Of a DNA stretch of 27,746 bases, positions 1 to 8,586 are shown one piece after another. The notes beneath the pieces are model-generated. The model ran no database searches and was not told the DNA's origin. It saw only the letters and a list, made by a program, of their open reading frames with translations. The stretch spans positions 1 through 27,746 of the forward strand of contig JBAWHH010000056.1 of NCBI GenBank assembly GCA_049593715.1, given 5' to 3'. This DNA comes from Rhodocyclaceae bacterium (lineage in GTDB: Bacteria; Pseudomonadota; Gammaproteobacteria; Burkholderiales; Rhodocyclaceae). Both the position numbers and the translations under genes were made by a program. Each line of letters begins with the position of its first letter. Within the stretch, counting starts at the first letter, position 1.

Positions 1-1631
1 GCGATCCAGGCGGCCAAGCTCGTGAGCAGCGCGTCGTAAAGCTGCCGCTCGCGGGCGAGGGCGCGCTCCTGGGCCGACAATGCTTTGTCTTCGAAGACTT
101 TCAGTTCGGGCGTGATGTAGCGCTCGGCGTTCTTGAGTGTCTGGCGCCGTCGATAGTCGTCCGGCACCTTGTCGACGTGGGCGTGGCTGACTTCGATGAA
201 GAAGCCATGGACGCGGTTGAATTCGACTTTCAGGTTGGCGATGCCGGTGCGGGCCTTTTCCCGCGCCTCGATCTCCAAGAGAAACTGGCCACAGTTCTCC
301 TGGATGCCGCGCAACTCGTCCAGTTCCGCGTCGTAGCCGGGGGCGATCACGCCGCCGTCCCGCAGCAGGGCGGCGGGTTCGGCGGCAACCGCTTCGGCCA
401 GCACGCTGAGGCAATGTTCCGGGGTGGCGAGATCCGCGGTTATCTGGGCCACCAGCGGTGTCGCTGTCGGAAGATCGGCCCGCAGCACTTCCAGCCGCCC
501 CAGGCTGTCCCGCAATGAGGAGAGATCCCGCGGCCTTGCGCTCCGTAGGGCAATGCGCGCCGTGATGCGCTCGATGTCGGCGATACCCCGCAGGACGCGC
601 TGCAGCCGGCCGAATGGACCGGCGCCGCTGTCGCCCGCCAGTTCACCCACGGCGTCGTGGCGGGCGGCGCAGGCCCCGCGATCCCGCAGCGGATGGTGCA
701 GCGCGTGGCGCAGCCAGCGCGAGCCCATCGCCGTGGCGCAGCAATCCATCAGGGAAAGCAAGGTGGGGGCGGGATCACCGCGCAACGTTTCTGAGATCTC
801 CAGGTTGCGTCGCGTCGCCGGATCGAGCCGTAGAAACTCACCGCTCGACTCGACTTTCAGGCTGGTGACGTGGGCCAGGGCCTGTTGTTGCGTACCCCGG
901 GCGTATTCGTAAACGCCTCCCGCCGCGGCCAGTGCGATCGGCACTTCGTCGGCCCCGAATCCGGCCAGATCGCGGGTGCCGAAGTGGGCGGTGAGCAGGC
1001 GTACGGCCGTGTCGCGGTCGAAATTCCAGTCCGCCAGGCGCTGGATCGACGCCCGGCGCTGGGCATCAAGTTCCAGGTCCAGGCTGTCCGGCAGCAGGAT
1101 CTCGGCGGGCCGCAGCCGCTCCAAATGGGTCGCCAGGGCCGCCCGCGGAATCTCCAGCAGGCGGAAATCGCCGTTGGCCAGATTCAGCCAGGCCAATCCG
1201 AGGCGGCTCTTGTCGGCGGCGATGGCCAGCAGCAGGCTCTCGGACTTGTCGTCCAGCAGTGCCGAATCGGTGAGTGTACCCGGCGTCACGACCCGGGTGA
1301 CGGCCCGTTCGACGATGCCTTTCGAGGTGGCCGGGTCGCCGATCTGGTCGCAGATCACCACCGATTCGCCGAGGCGCACGAGTCGCGCGAGATATTGCTC
1401 CAGGGCGTGGTACGGCACGCCCGCCATCTTGATCGGCCTGCCGGCGGACTGGCCGCGGGTGGTGAGCGTGATGTCCAGCAGACGCGCTGCGCGCTCGGCG
1501 TCCTCGTGGAACAACTCGTAGAAGTCCCCCATGCGATAGAACAGCAGCAACTGCGGGTACTGCGCCTTGAAGCGCAAATACTGCTGCATCATGGGCGTGT
1601 GCTTTGAAAGCTCTTGCTCGTTCGTTGCCAT
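1..1631 (-). CDS. mutS: DNA mismatch repair protein MutS (5' part; runs off the left edge)
   Basis: Absent from the ORF track because there is no stop in the window. Manual translation from ATG at 1631 gives [39 protein letters not shown], the canonical MutS N-terminus. The same frame at the window edge reads [12 protein letters not shown]. Confidence 0.97.
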   Translation of the reverse strand, partial: MATNEQELSKHTPMMQQYLRFKAQYPQLLLFYRMGDFYELFHEDAERAARLLDITLTTRGQSAGRPIKMAGVPYHALEQYLARLVRLGESVVICDQIGDPATSKGIVERAVTRVVTPGTLTDSALLDDKSESLLLAIAADKSRLGLAWLNLANGDFRLLEIPRAALATHLERLRPAEILLPDSLDLELDAQRRASIQRLADWNFDRDTAVRLLTAHFGTRDLAGFGADEVPIALAAAGGVYEYARGTQQQALAHVTSLKVESSGEFLRLDPATRRNLEISETLRGDPAPTLLSLMDCCATAMGSRWLRHALHHPLRDRGACAARHDAVGELAGDSGAGPFGRLQRVLRGIADIERITARIALRSARPRDLSSLRDSLGRLEVLRADLPTATPLVAQITADLATPEHCLSVLAEAVAAEPAALLRDGGVIAPGYDAELDELRGIQENCGQFLLEIEAREKARTGIANLKVEFNRVHGFFIEVSHAHVDKVPDDYRRRQTLKNAERYITPELKVFEDKALSAQERALARERQLYDALLTSLAAWI

Positions 1632-1799
1632 TCGATGTTGTCGTTGGTGCGATGAGGGAAGGCTCGGGTGGGCCGATGGGAGGCGAGAAGACCTTTGCCG
1701 AATTTCCAGGCCTCCATGGGCGCGAAAGCGGCCGTAGTCTACCCACCTCGCCGCCAGAAATCCCGCGGCGTTGCCCTTGCGACCGATTGATGGGGATCG

Positions 1800-2723
1800 A
1801 TGAAGGCCTTCTACACCGACGAATTCATCCTGCCGCTCCCGCCCGGTCATCGGTTCCCCATGGAGAAATACCGCCGCCTGCGCGAGCGGGTGGGGCGGGA
1901 GTTGCCGGAGGTGACGCTGCGGGTGCCACCCGCCGCAGAAGAAGGCGAACTGTGCCGCGCCCACGACGCGGGGTACGTCGCCCGGGTGCTGGAAGGCCGC
2001 CTGACGGCGGTGGAATTGCGCGCCATCGGTTTTCCGTGGTCGCCCGAGATGGTGGAGCGGTCGCGCCGGTCAGCGGGGGCGACCATCGCCGCCTGCCGTG
2101 CCGCCCTGGAGGAGGGCGTTGCCGCGAATCTGGCGGGGGGCACCCATCACGCCCATTGCGACCGCGGGGCCGGGTTCTGCGTGTTCAACGATGCGGTAGT
2201 CGCTGCGCGTGCCATGCAGGCCGAGGGCCGCGTGCAAGTCGTCGCGGTGGTGGATTGCGACGTGCATCAGGGTGACGGGACGGCCGCCATCGCGGCCGGC
2301 GATTCGTCGCTATTCACCCTTTCGTTGCACGGCGCCAAGAACTTCCCGTTCCGAAAGGTGGCCGGGGATATCGATGTCGAACTCCCGGACGGCACCGAAG
2401 ATGCCGCTTATCTCGCCGCGCTGAAGTGCGCATTGGAGGAAATGTGGTGCCGCTGCCGCCCGCAACTGGTGATCTATCTTGCCGGCGCCGATCCGTACGC
2501 AGGTGATCGGCTCGGCCGTCTGGCCCTGTCGATGGAAGGCCTACTGGCCCGCGATGCGATGGTGTTCGATGCCTGCGTCACCCGGCGCGTACCCGTGGCT
2601 ATCGCCATGGCAGGGGGCTATGGCCACAATGTCGACGAAACCGTGGCGATCCACTTCCAAACAGTGCGAGAGGTAGTCCGGAGGATGGACTGCGACGCTG
2701 GAATGGCGCCGGAAGTGCCCTGA
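1800..2723 (+). CDS. Histone deacetylase family (Zn-dependent amidohydrolase) protein
   Basis: 307 aa with [35 protein letters not shown] and AGGY motifs of the HDAC/AcuC family. Confidence 0.93.
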   Translation: MKAFYTDEFILPLPPGHRFPMEKYRRLRERVGRELPEVTLRVPPAAEEGELCRAHDAGYVARVLEGRLTAVELRAIGFPWSPEMVERSRRSAGATIAACRAALEEGVAANLAGGTHHAHCDRGAGFCVFNDAVVAARAMQAEGRVQVVAVVDCDVHQGDGTAAIAAGDSSLFTLSLHGAKNFPFRKVAGDIDVELPDGTEDAAYLAALKCALEEMWCRCRPQLVIYLAGADPYAGDRLGRLALSMEGLLARDAMVFDACVTRRVPVAIAMAGGYGHNVDETVAIHFQTVREVVRRMDCDAGMAPEVP

Positions 2724-2754
2724 GCGAACGAAACGGAACGAACCCGGGGAAACG

Positions 2755-2773
2755 TGGCGGGGGCTACCCGCCA
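2755..2773. terminator. Hairpin between convergent genes
   Basis: TGGCGGG-ggcta-CCCGCCA (7-bp stem) between the HDAC stop (2723) and the stop of the 2787-3104 gene; no U-tract. Confidence 0.35.
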
Positions 2774-2786
2774 GCCGCGGTGACGA

Positions 2787-3104
2787 TCAGGCGAAGCGGA
2801 TTGGTTTGGCGGCCCGCTTCCAGGACGCCTGGACGATATCGGCGAAACCTTGCCAGACGATCAGGGGAATGAAGCCGATGCGGTTGGCCGTTTGCACTAT
2901 GTCGGTGAGCGGTGGCCGTAAGCTGGCTTCGGCTTCCAGTGCTTCGACGAGGTGTTCCACCGCGGCGCCCCAATAGTCGGACGTCCCCACCCAGCCCGTC
3001 TTGGTGGTGGCGTGGCGGAGGGCTTCAACCCACATTTCTTCGGCTCGTGCGGCAGGAACGCCATGGCGGCGCGCCAACCAGGGAAGCATTTTCGGCGTCT
3101 TCAT
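2787..3104 (-). CDS. Small uncharacterised helical protein (105 aa), possibly PhaR-regulated
   Basis: MKTPKMLPWLARRHGVPAARAEEMW...; good RBS (AGGAG) just upstream on the minus strand; fills the gap between HDAC and uvrD with protein-like composition. Confidence 0.8.
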   Translation of the reverse strand: MKTPKMLPWLARRHGVPAARAEEMWVEALRHATTKTGWVGTSDYWGAAVEHLVEALEAEASLRPPLTDIVQTANRIGFIPLIVWQGFADIVQASWKRAAKPIRFA

Positions 3105-3182
3105 TGTTATCTCCTGGCGGCCCTGTCCTGGGCCCGGTGATTGCCGCCCGCAACCCTCTTTTGGAGGGAACGGGCGGCGAAT

Positions 3183-3368
3183 TGTCGCAACGCAATATGA
3201 AGCGACAGGCTTAGTTTACATCGGCTTTGACCCCTACGTATAGGTAAAGTTGCCCAAAATTTTGTGCACTGCAAAAAATAATAACCCTGCACTACTGGCG
3301 GGAATTATCCACATCAGGGGCCGATGCGGGGGAGTTTCTTGTCAAACATGCCTCGATTGCGCGGCACA
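3183..3368. promoter_or_regulatory. Three PhaR/PhbF-like boxes TG(N)TGC-N3-GCAA
   Basis: TGTCGCAACGCAA (3183-3195, one mismatch), TGTGCACTGCAA (3263-3274) and TGTGCCGCGCAA on the minus strand (3357-3368), in an AT-rich divergent intergenic region. They match my recollection of the betaproteobacterial PhbF/PhaR consensus. Confidence 0.6.
3305..3313 (+). promoter_or_regulatory. Perfect DnaA box
   Basis: TTATCCACA; a single copy upstream of uvrD. Confidence 0.4.
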
Positions 3369-3441
3369 ATTGCCCAGGTTTTGCCGGCACACGAGCTGCT
3401 TCGGCGCGGGGGCGGGATCGGGGGGAGCGGCGCCGAGCCGC

Positions 3442-3447
3442 TATAAT
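3442..3447 (+). promoter_or_regulatory. Candidate sigma70 -10 element for uvrD
   Basis: TATAAT 24 nt before the uvrD ATG; no clear -35. Confidence 0.45.
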
Positions 3448-3471
3448 CCATCCCTTCCGCCGTCTCCCCCC

Positions 3472-5685
3472 ATGTCCGATCTCCTGCGCGGCCTCAACCC
3501 GCCCCAGCACGCCGCCGTCACCCTGCCGCCCCAGCACGCCCTGATCCTCGCCGGCGCCGGCAGCGGCAAGACACGGGTTCTCACCACGCGCATCGGCTGG
3601 CTGATCACCACCGGCCAGGCGCGGCCCTACGAAATCCTTGCGGTGACGTTCACGAACAAGGCGGCACGCGAGATGTACGCGCGGCTTTCCGCCATGCCGC
3701 TGCCCCTCAATTCGCCGCTGGGCCGGCCATTTGCGCCGGGCGGCATCTGGGTGGGGACTTTCCACGGCATCTGCAACCGCATCTTGCGGGCCCATCACCG
3801 CGATGCGGGTCTGCCCCAGTTGTTCCAGATCCTCGATTCCGGCGACCAGCTTTCCGCCATCAAGCGGCTGCTCAAAAACCTCAACGTCGACGCGGAGAAA
3901 TTTCCGCCGCGCGACCTGCAGCACTTCATCAACGGCCAGAAAGAGGCCGGCAACCGGCCCGCTTCCGTGGAAGCCTGGGACGACTTTACCCGCCGCCGCG
4001 TCGAGCTGTACCAGCAGTACGACAGCCAGTGCCAGCGCGAAGGCGTGGTGGATTTCGCCGAACTGCTGCTGCGCACCTACGAGCTGCTGGCGCGCAACGA
4101 ACCGATTCGCGCCCATTACCAGGGCCGCTTCCGCCACATCCTGGTGGATGAGTTCCAGGACACCAACCGCCTGCAGTACCAATGGCTCAAGCTGCTGGCC
4201 GGGGAAGGGGCGCACCTGTTTGCTGTCGGGGACGACGACCAGAGCATCTACGCGTTCCGCGGCGCGGACGTTGGCAATATGCGCGATTTCGAGCGCGAGT
4301 TCCGCGTTGAGCAGGTCATCCGCCTGGAACAGAACTACCGCTCCCACGGCAACATCCTCGAAGCCGCCAACGCCATCATCAAACACAACGCCGCGCGCCT
4401 GGGCAAGAACCTGTGGACCGATGCCGGCGCCGGCGAGCCGCTGCGGGTGTTCGAAGCTCCCAGTGATCTGGACGAAGCGCGCTGGATCGTCGAGGAAGTC
4501 AAAGCCCTCACCGCCGAAAGCACCGTCCGCAGCCAGATTGCGCTGCTCTATCGGTCCAACGCCCAGTCGCGGGTGCTGGAGCACGCGCTGTTCTCCGCCG
4601 GCATTCCCTACCGCGTCTATGGCGGGCTGCGCTTCTTCGAGCGGCAGGAGATCAAGCACGCCCTGGCCTACCTGCGCCTGATCGCCAATCCGGACGACGA
4701 CACCGCGTTCTCCCGCGTGGTCAACTTCCCGGTACGCGGCATCGGCGCCCGTTCCCTCGAACTGCTGCAGGACGCCGCCAAAGCCGCAGGAACGAGCCTG
4801 CACGCCGCGGTTCCCGCGCTGGCGGGCAAAGCCGGCAACTCGCTAGGTGCCTTCAGCGCGCTGATCGAGCGGATGCGGGCACGTAGCGAAGGCCTGGATC
4901 TGACGGGAATCGTCGACAGCGTGCTGGATGCCTCCAGCCTGCGCGCGCATTACGCCTCCACCGGCAAACAGGAGGACCAGGACCGCCTCGCCAACCTGGA
5001 CGAACTGCTCAACGCCGCCGCCAACTTCGTCGCCGAAGAAGACGATGCCAGCCTGGCGAATTTCCTCACCCACGCGTCCCTGGAAGCGGGCGAACACCAG
5101 GCAGGGGAGGGCGCGGAAGCGCTGCAACTCATGACTGTCCATTCCGCCAAGGGGCTGGAGTTCGACGTGGTGTTCCTCAGTGGCTTGGAGGAAGGGCTGT
5201 TCCCCCACGAGAACAGCGTCCAGCAGGAGCGCCAGGGGCTGGAAGAAGAACGCCGGCTGATGTACGTGGCCGTCACCCGCGCCCGCAAGCGGCTGTACCT
5301 CTCGCTGGCCCAGACGCGGATGCTGCACGGCCAGACGCGCTACAACCTCAAGTCGCGCTTCCTGGACGAAATCCCCGAGCACCTGCTCAAATGGCTCACG
5401 CCCCGGGTCCAGCGCCGCGTCTACGCCGCCGAGCCGGCTTTCGGCCGACGCTACCTGGAGCCCGGCACCAACCCGCCCGCGCCGCCGGTGCCGCGCTCCA
5501 CCCGCCAGCAGGAACAGGCCACCGGCGGCCTGCGCGTCGGCCAGAACGTCCACCACGCTAAGTTCGGCACCGGCGTCATCGTCGCCGCCGAAGGCAGCGG
5601 CGCCGACGCCCGCGTCCAGGTCAAATTCGGCCGCGAAGGCACGAAATGGCTGGCGCTGGCCTATGCCAAGCTGACGCCCGCCTGA
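3472..5685 (+). CDS. uvrD: DNA helicase II (UvrD, superfamily 1)
   Basis: Start placed at ATG 3472 (MSDLLRGLNPPQ). Motifs AGAGSGKT, TFTNKAA, LVDEFQD, VGDDDQSIY, LEQNYRS, MTVHSAKGLEF, EEERRLMYVAVTRA, and a C-terminal Tudor-like tail (VHHAKFGTG). Confidence 0.97.
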   Translation: MSDLLRGLNPPQHAAVTLPPQHALILAGAGSGKTRVLTTRIGWLITTGQARPYEILAVTFTNKAAREMYARLSAMPLPLNSPLGRPFAPGGIWVGTFHGICNRILRAHHRDAGLPQLFQILDSGDQLSAIKRLLKNLNVDAEKFPPRDLQHFINGQKEAGNRPASVEAWDDFTRRRVELYQQYDSQCQREGVVDFAELLLRTYELLARNEPIRAHYQGRFRHILVDEFQDTNRLQYQWLKLLAGEGAHLFAVGDDDQSIYAFRGADVGNMRDFEREFRVEQVIRLEQNYRSHGNILEAANAIIKHNAARLGKNLWTDAGAGEPLRVFEAPSDLDEARWIVEEVKALTAESTVRSQIALLYRSNAQSRVLEHALFSAGIPYRVYGGLRFFERQEIKHALAYLRLIANPDDDTAFSRVVNFPVRGIGARSLELLQDAAKAAGTSLHAAVPALAGKAGNSLGAFSALIERMRARSEGLDLTGIVDSVLDASSLRAHYASTGKQEDQDRLANLDELLNAAANFVAEEDDASLANFLTHASLEAGEHQAGEGAEALQLMTVHSAKGLEFDVVFLSGLEEGLFPHENSVQQERQGLEEERRLMYVAVTRARKRLYLSLAQTRMLHGQTRYNLKSRFLDEIPEHLLKWLTPRVQRRVYAAEPAFGRRYLEPGTNPPAPPVPRSTRQQEQATGGLRVGQNVHHAKFGTGVIVAAEGSGADARVQVKFGREGTKWLALAYAKLTPA

Positions 5686-5775
5686 AGTCGGTACCTGCTC
5701 CGCGCCGGATCGTCCCTTTTTAGGTCCCATCGGGATGATCCGATAAGGACTGCGATCCGTTAAGGCGCTTTCCAG

Positions 5776-7365
5776 ATGGACAAATCGACATTTCTGACTG
5801 CAGATCACTACTGCGTTTGCCACGTTCCAGCTGCGATCATCCCTGGCTCGCGATTGAGCAACATCCTCGCCCAAATGCAGAGGGTATTGCCGCTCACGAA
5901 CCATGCGCTGGATTTTCTAATGTCCGAGAATCTACCCGGCCTTTGTCGACTGGCAAGGGGAGAGGTCTCCCACCAGGAGTACGTTAGTGGGCTCGATGCC
6001 GGCCATTTGGCGAAACACCAGGCGGCGAAGGTCGCGCTTGAGGCGAGGGAAGCTGAGCGTCAGGCACGTGTGGCCCACTATCTTCCCCGTAAGGCAGTGA
6101 ATCCCTCCCGCAACGTGGCTTCGGCCATGGAACGGGAGGCCGAGCGCAAGCTGCGGCAGAGGCGCGAGCGGGAGGCTGCCGACGAGGTCTTGAGGACGCA
6201 ACGCGTTCGCCAAGCGGAATGGAAAGCACAGCGACAGCGCAACGGTGAGTTGGCTGCTCTCGCCTACGAAGCGTTTTCGACCAAGCCGGGCCACATCCCG
6301 CCGAGCGCCCACGATATCGCTCGCTATTTCCATCTGAGCCACCTCAAAGCCGCAGTTTGTCCGCCTATAAGCAATTTCTTGGAATCCCTTTTTTGTGGTC
6401 GCCCACTGACGGATGACGAGATTGGGTTCCTCAGGAAAAGCGGACCTGAAGAACTTTATCGTCTGGCGTTCGGCCAACTTACCCTGGATGGGTACAGGGA
6501 AGCGGCACGAGCTTCCGAAGCTGAAGCCATCGCTCGGATGGCCAGAGCGGAGGCAGCAGAGGCCGCGCGCATCGCCCGGATGGCCAGCGAGGAGGCAGAA
6601 GAAGCTGCCCGCATCGCCCGCGAGAGCGATCCCGAATACATTGCGATGCGGCAGACGCAGGCTTTGTACGAGAAGTACGGAGTATCGCTGATCGGCAAGG
6701 CACCGATGATGCGGATGACAAATCTGCTCCAGCACATCGATGCTGGGAACCGACTTCCGAAGGAAGAACTGGCTTGGCTGAGCACCGAGGGCAAAGCCTA
6801 TTTCACGAGCCGACTTCGCGAGGCCTATCATCGTCTGGAGGCTGACTTCCACGCGGTTCAGCATAAGAGTACCCAGGATCCATGGGACGCCATCAACGCC
6901 AGCGGGCACAACCGCAAGTGCCATCGATCAGAGACTGCGCTCGAACTGCTCGAAAGCCTTTCTCCCGACCGCCTGAAACACCCAAAGGTCAGGTCTGCCG
7001 TGCTCACCACGCGCGGTGGAGCTTTGCGCGATCTGAGTCGGCGATCTGAAGCAATTGATGCAGGAGAGAAAGCGCACCGCCTGATGCCCAAGGACTACCG
7101 GCCCTGTACGCTCCTCGGGGCGTTGCACATGGAATTGAGTGAGTTTGAAACCGGCCGCCACTGGTATGACGAGGCACGAAAGCGGGGTGCCCCCGAGCAG
7201 AGTATCGACTCGGAACTGCGTAGGATCTTCCAGCAGATGGACGCGCCCGGACGCGAGGCGATGAAACGCTTCCTGCTTGCGCAGGATCCGTCTCGATACC
7301 GCTGGGTTAACGAGAAGATCTACGGGGAAACGGCACGTCCGAAGAAACGCAGAGAAGACGGATAG
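5776..7365 (+). CDS. Uncharacterised 529-aa protein: three repeated helical units, coiled-coil linkers, C-terminal TPR-like region
   Basis: Long ORF with visibly lower GC than uvrD (sample lines about 57% vs about 70%). TPR-like helices near the C-terminus (SAVLTTRGGALRDL..AIDAGEKAHRLMPKDYRPCTLLGALHMEL..GRHWYDEA). The start could also be 5875 or 5920. Confidence 0.8.
   Translation: MDKSTFLTADHYCVCHVPAAIIPGSRLSNILAQMQRVLPLTNHALDFLMSENLPGLCRLARGEVSHQEYVSGLDAGHLAKHQAAKVALEAREAERQARVAHYLPRKAVNPSRNVASAMEREAERKLRQRREREAADEVLRTQRVRQAEWKAQRQRNGELAALAYEAFSTKPGHIPPSAHDIARYFHLSHLKAAVCPPISNFLESLFCGRPLTDDEIGFLRKSGPEELYRLAFGQLTLDGYREAARASEAEAIARMARAEAAEAARIARMASEEAEEAARIARESDPEYIAMRQTQALYEKYGVSLIGKAPMMRMTNLLQHIDAGNRLPKEELAWLSTEGKAYFTSRLREAYHRLEADFHAVQHKSTQDPWDAINASGHNRKCHRSETALELLESLSPDRLKHPKVRSAVLTTRGGALRDLSRRSEAIDAGEKAHRLMPKDYRPCTLLGALHMELSEFETGRHWYDEARKRGAPEQSIDSELRRIFQQMDAPGREAMKRFLLAQDPSRYRWVNEKIYGETARPKKRREDG
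6529..6620 (+). repeat. In-frame 42-bp tandem repeat (about 2.2 copies)
   Basis: atcgctcggatggccagagcggaggcagcagaggccgcgcgc / atcgcccggatggccagcgaggaggcagaagaagctgcccgc / atcgcccg, encoding IARMARAEAAEAAR / IARMASEEAEEAAR / IAR. Confidence 0.85.
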
Positions 7366-7665
7366 GTTTCGACTGGGACGGTGGGTTTCGCGGCTGCAGT
7401 GGAGTGGCGCTCTCACAGGGGCCGAAACGGCCTTCCTCGTCGATGCCGGCCTTCGACAGACAGGACCATACAAGCGCGCAAAGCGCTGGCAATGGCGCGG
7501 GGGGCGACGAACTGGCAGCTGTAACGTGGTCTGAAATCGGCTCTCGAAAGCGAAGCCCGGCACGGAAAATCAGAGCAGAGCGGATCTTCAAGATAACAAG
7601 ATATTCAGTGACATGCTGTTCGAGGTCAAATATCCTCGGCAGGAGTTCCGGCAAGAGAGGTGCCC

Positions 7666-7956
7666 ATGCGGCCTTCCGTTGTCCTCGAAATGAAGCGAAA
7701 TGCGGTGCGCGAGGCGGCAGGCCGCTTCCGCGCGGCGAATCCGCGCGTCTTCGGTTCGGTGCTGCAAGGCACCGACCGGGACGGCAGCGACCTCGATCTG
7801 TTGGTCGATGTGCTGCCCGGCGCGACGTTGTTTGACTTGGGCGGCCTGCAAGATGAGTTGGAAGCGCTGCTCGGCATCCGGGTCGATCTGCTAACGCCGG
7901 CCGATCTGCCGCCGAAGCTCCGGGCCAAGGTGCTCGCGGAAGCCCAGCCGATATGA
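7666..7956 (+). CDS. Minimal nucleotidyltransferase (MNT/MntA-type) antitoxin
   Basis: GS-x10-DxD motif (FGSVLQGTDRDGSDLDLL), C-terminal VDLLT, RBS GAGAGG before ATG 7666; ATGA overlap with the next gene. Confidence 0.92.
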   Translation: MRPSVVLEMKRNAVREAAGRFRAANPRVFGSVLQGTDRDGSDLDLLVDVLPGATLFDLGGLQDELEALLGIRVDLLTPADLPPKLRAKVLAEAQPI

Positions 7957-8339
7957 GCGAGAACCGCCTTTTCGATTATCTTGACCACATCCGGCAGGCC
8001 GCGGAGGATGCCTGCGGCTTCGTGGAGGACTCGGACAAAGACGATTTCCTGAAAGACAGGCGCACGCAGCAGGCCGTCATCATGAACCTTGTCATCATCG
8101 GCGAGGCGGCGACGAAGGTCATGGAGCGCTATGGCGAGTTTGTCCAGGCCCATCCCGACGTGCCCTGGCGGAGCATGCGCGGAATGCGCAATCGCATCGC
8201 CCACGGCTATTTTGACATTAACCTGGACGTGGTGTGGGACACCGTGCAAACCGCCCTCCCGGATTTGCTGCAGCAACTTGCCAGCCTCCGCGAGGATTCC
8301 CAAGGCCAGGCAAGCGGAGACGGTAGAACGGAATCGTGA
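7953..8339 (+). CDS. HEPN (DUF86/HepT-type) RNase toxin
   Basis: YLDHI..AA, IIGEA and the R-x4-H-x-Y motif (MRNRIAHGY), followed by DINLDVVW; translationally coupled to the MNT gene. Confidence 0.93.
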   Translation: MSENRLFDYLDHIRQAAEDACGFVEDSDKDDFLKDRRTQQAVIMNLVIIGEAATKVMERYGEFVQAHPDVPWRSMRGMRNRIAHGYFDINLDVVWDTVQTALPDLLQQLASLREDSQGQASGDGRTES

Positions 8340-8586
8340 CCGGCGGAGACGAGCCTCGGGCCGGCTCCGCGCTCGCGACCGGTGAGGCTGCTCATGAGCC
8401 GCTGGCGGTAAGGTTTCCGACTGTGCGCCCGGGTGACGCGTACGGGCAGCAAGTGTGGCCTTGCGGGGATCTCGGGCTCGACATTGTCGCGCGTGGTGTT
8501 CAGGTTCAACTAATCCGTACGCCACTTTTCAAGTCTGGCTTTGGGATAATCTTGTCGCCTTGCCGACCATTCCGCCCAGAGACCCC

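Noticed and set aside
2724..2754. Short GAACG/AAACG repeats after the HDAC stop
   Set aside because: Too short and irregular to be an array or iteron; no CRISPR-like repeat-spacer structure was seen anywhere in the window.
1..5685. mutS and uvrD proximity as a special mismatch-repair cluster
   Set aside because: They are divergent, separated by two unrelated genes, and show no shared regulatory site such as a LexA box.
7277..7654. Small ORFs between the TPR gene and the MNT gene
   Set aside because: They overlap real genes, lack an RBS and show no recognisable domain; a remnant cannot be excluded.
5697..8372. 9-bp direct repeat GCTCCGCGC (5697-5705 and 8364-8372) bracketing the islet as a possible target-site duplication
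   Set aside because: Short and GC-rich, so plausible by chance; there are no terminal inverted repeats or transposase/integrase inside.
7362..8428. Similar words AGGTTTCGACTG (~7364) and AGGTTTCCGACTG (~8411) flanking the TA pair
   Set aside because: Short, imperfect and without further alignment; not enough to call att sites.
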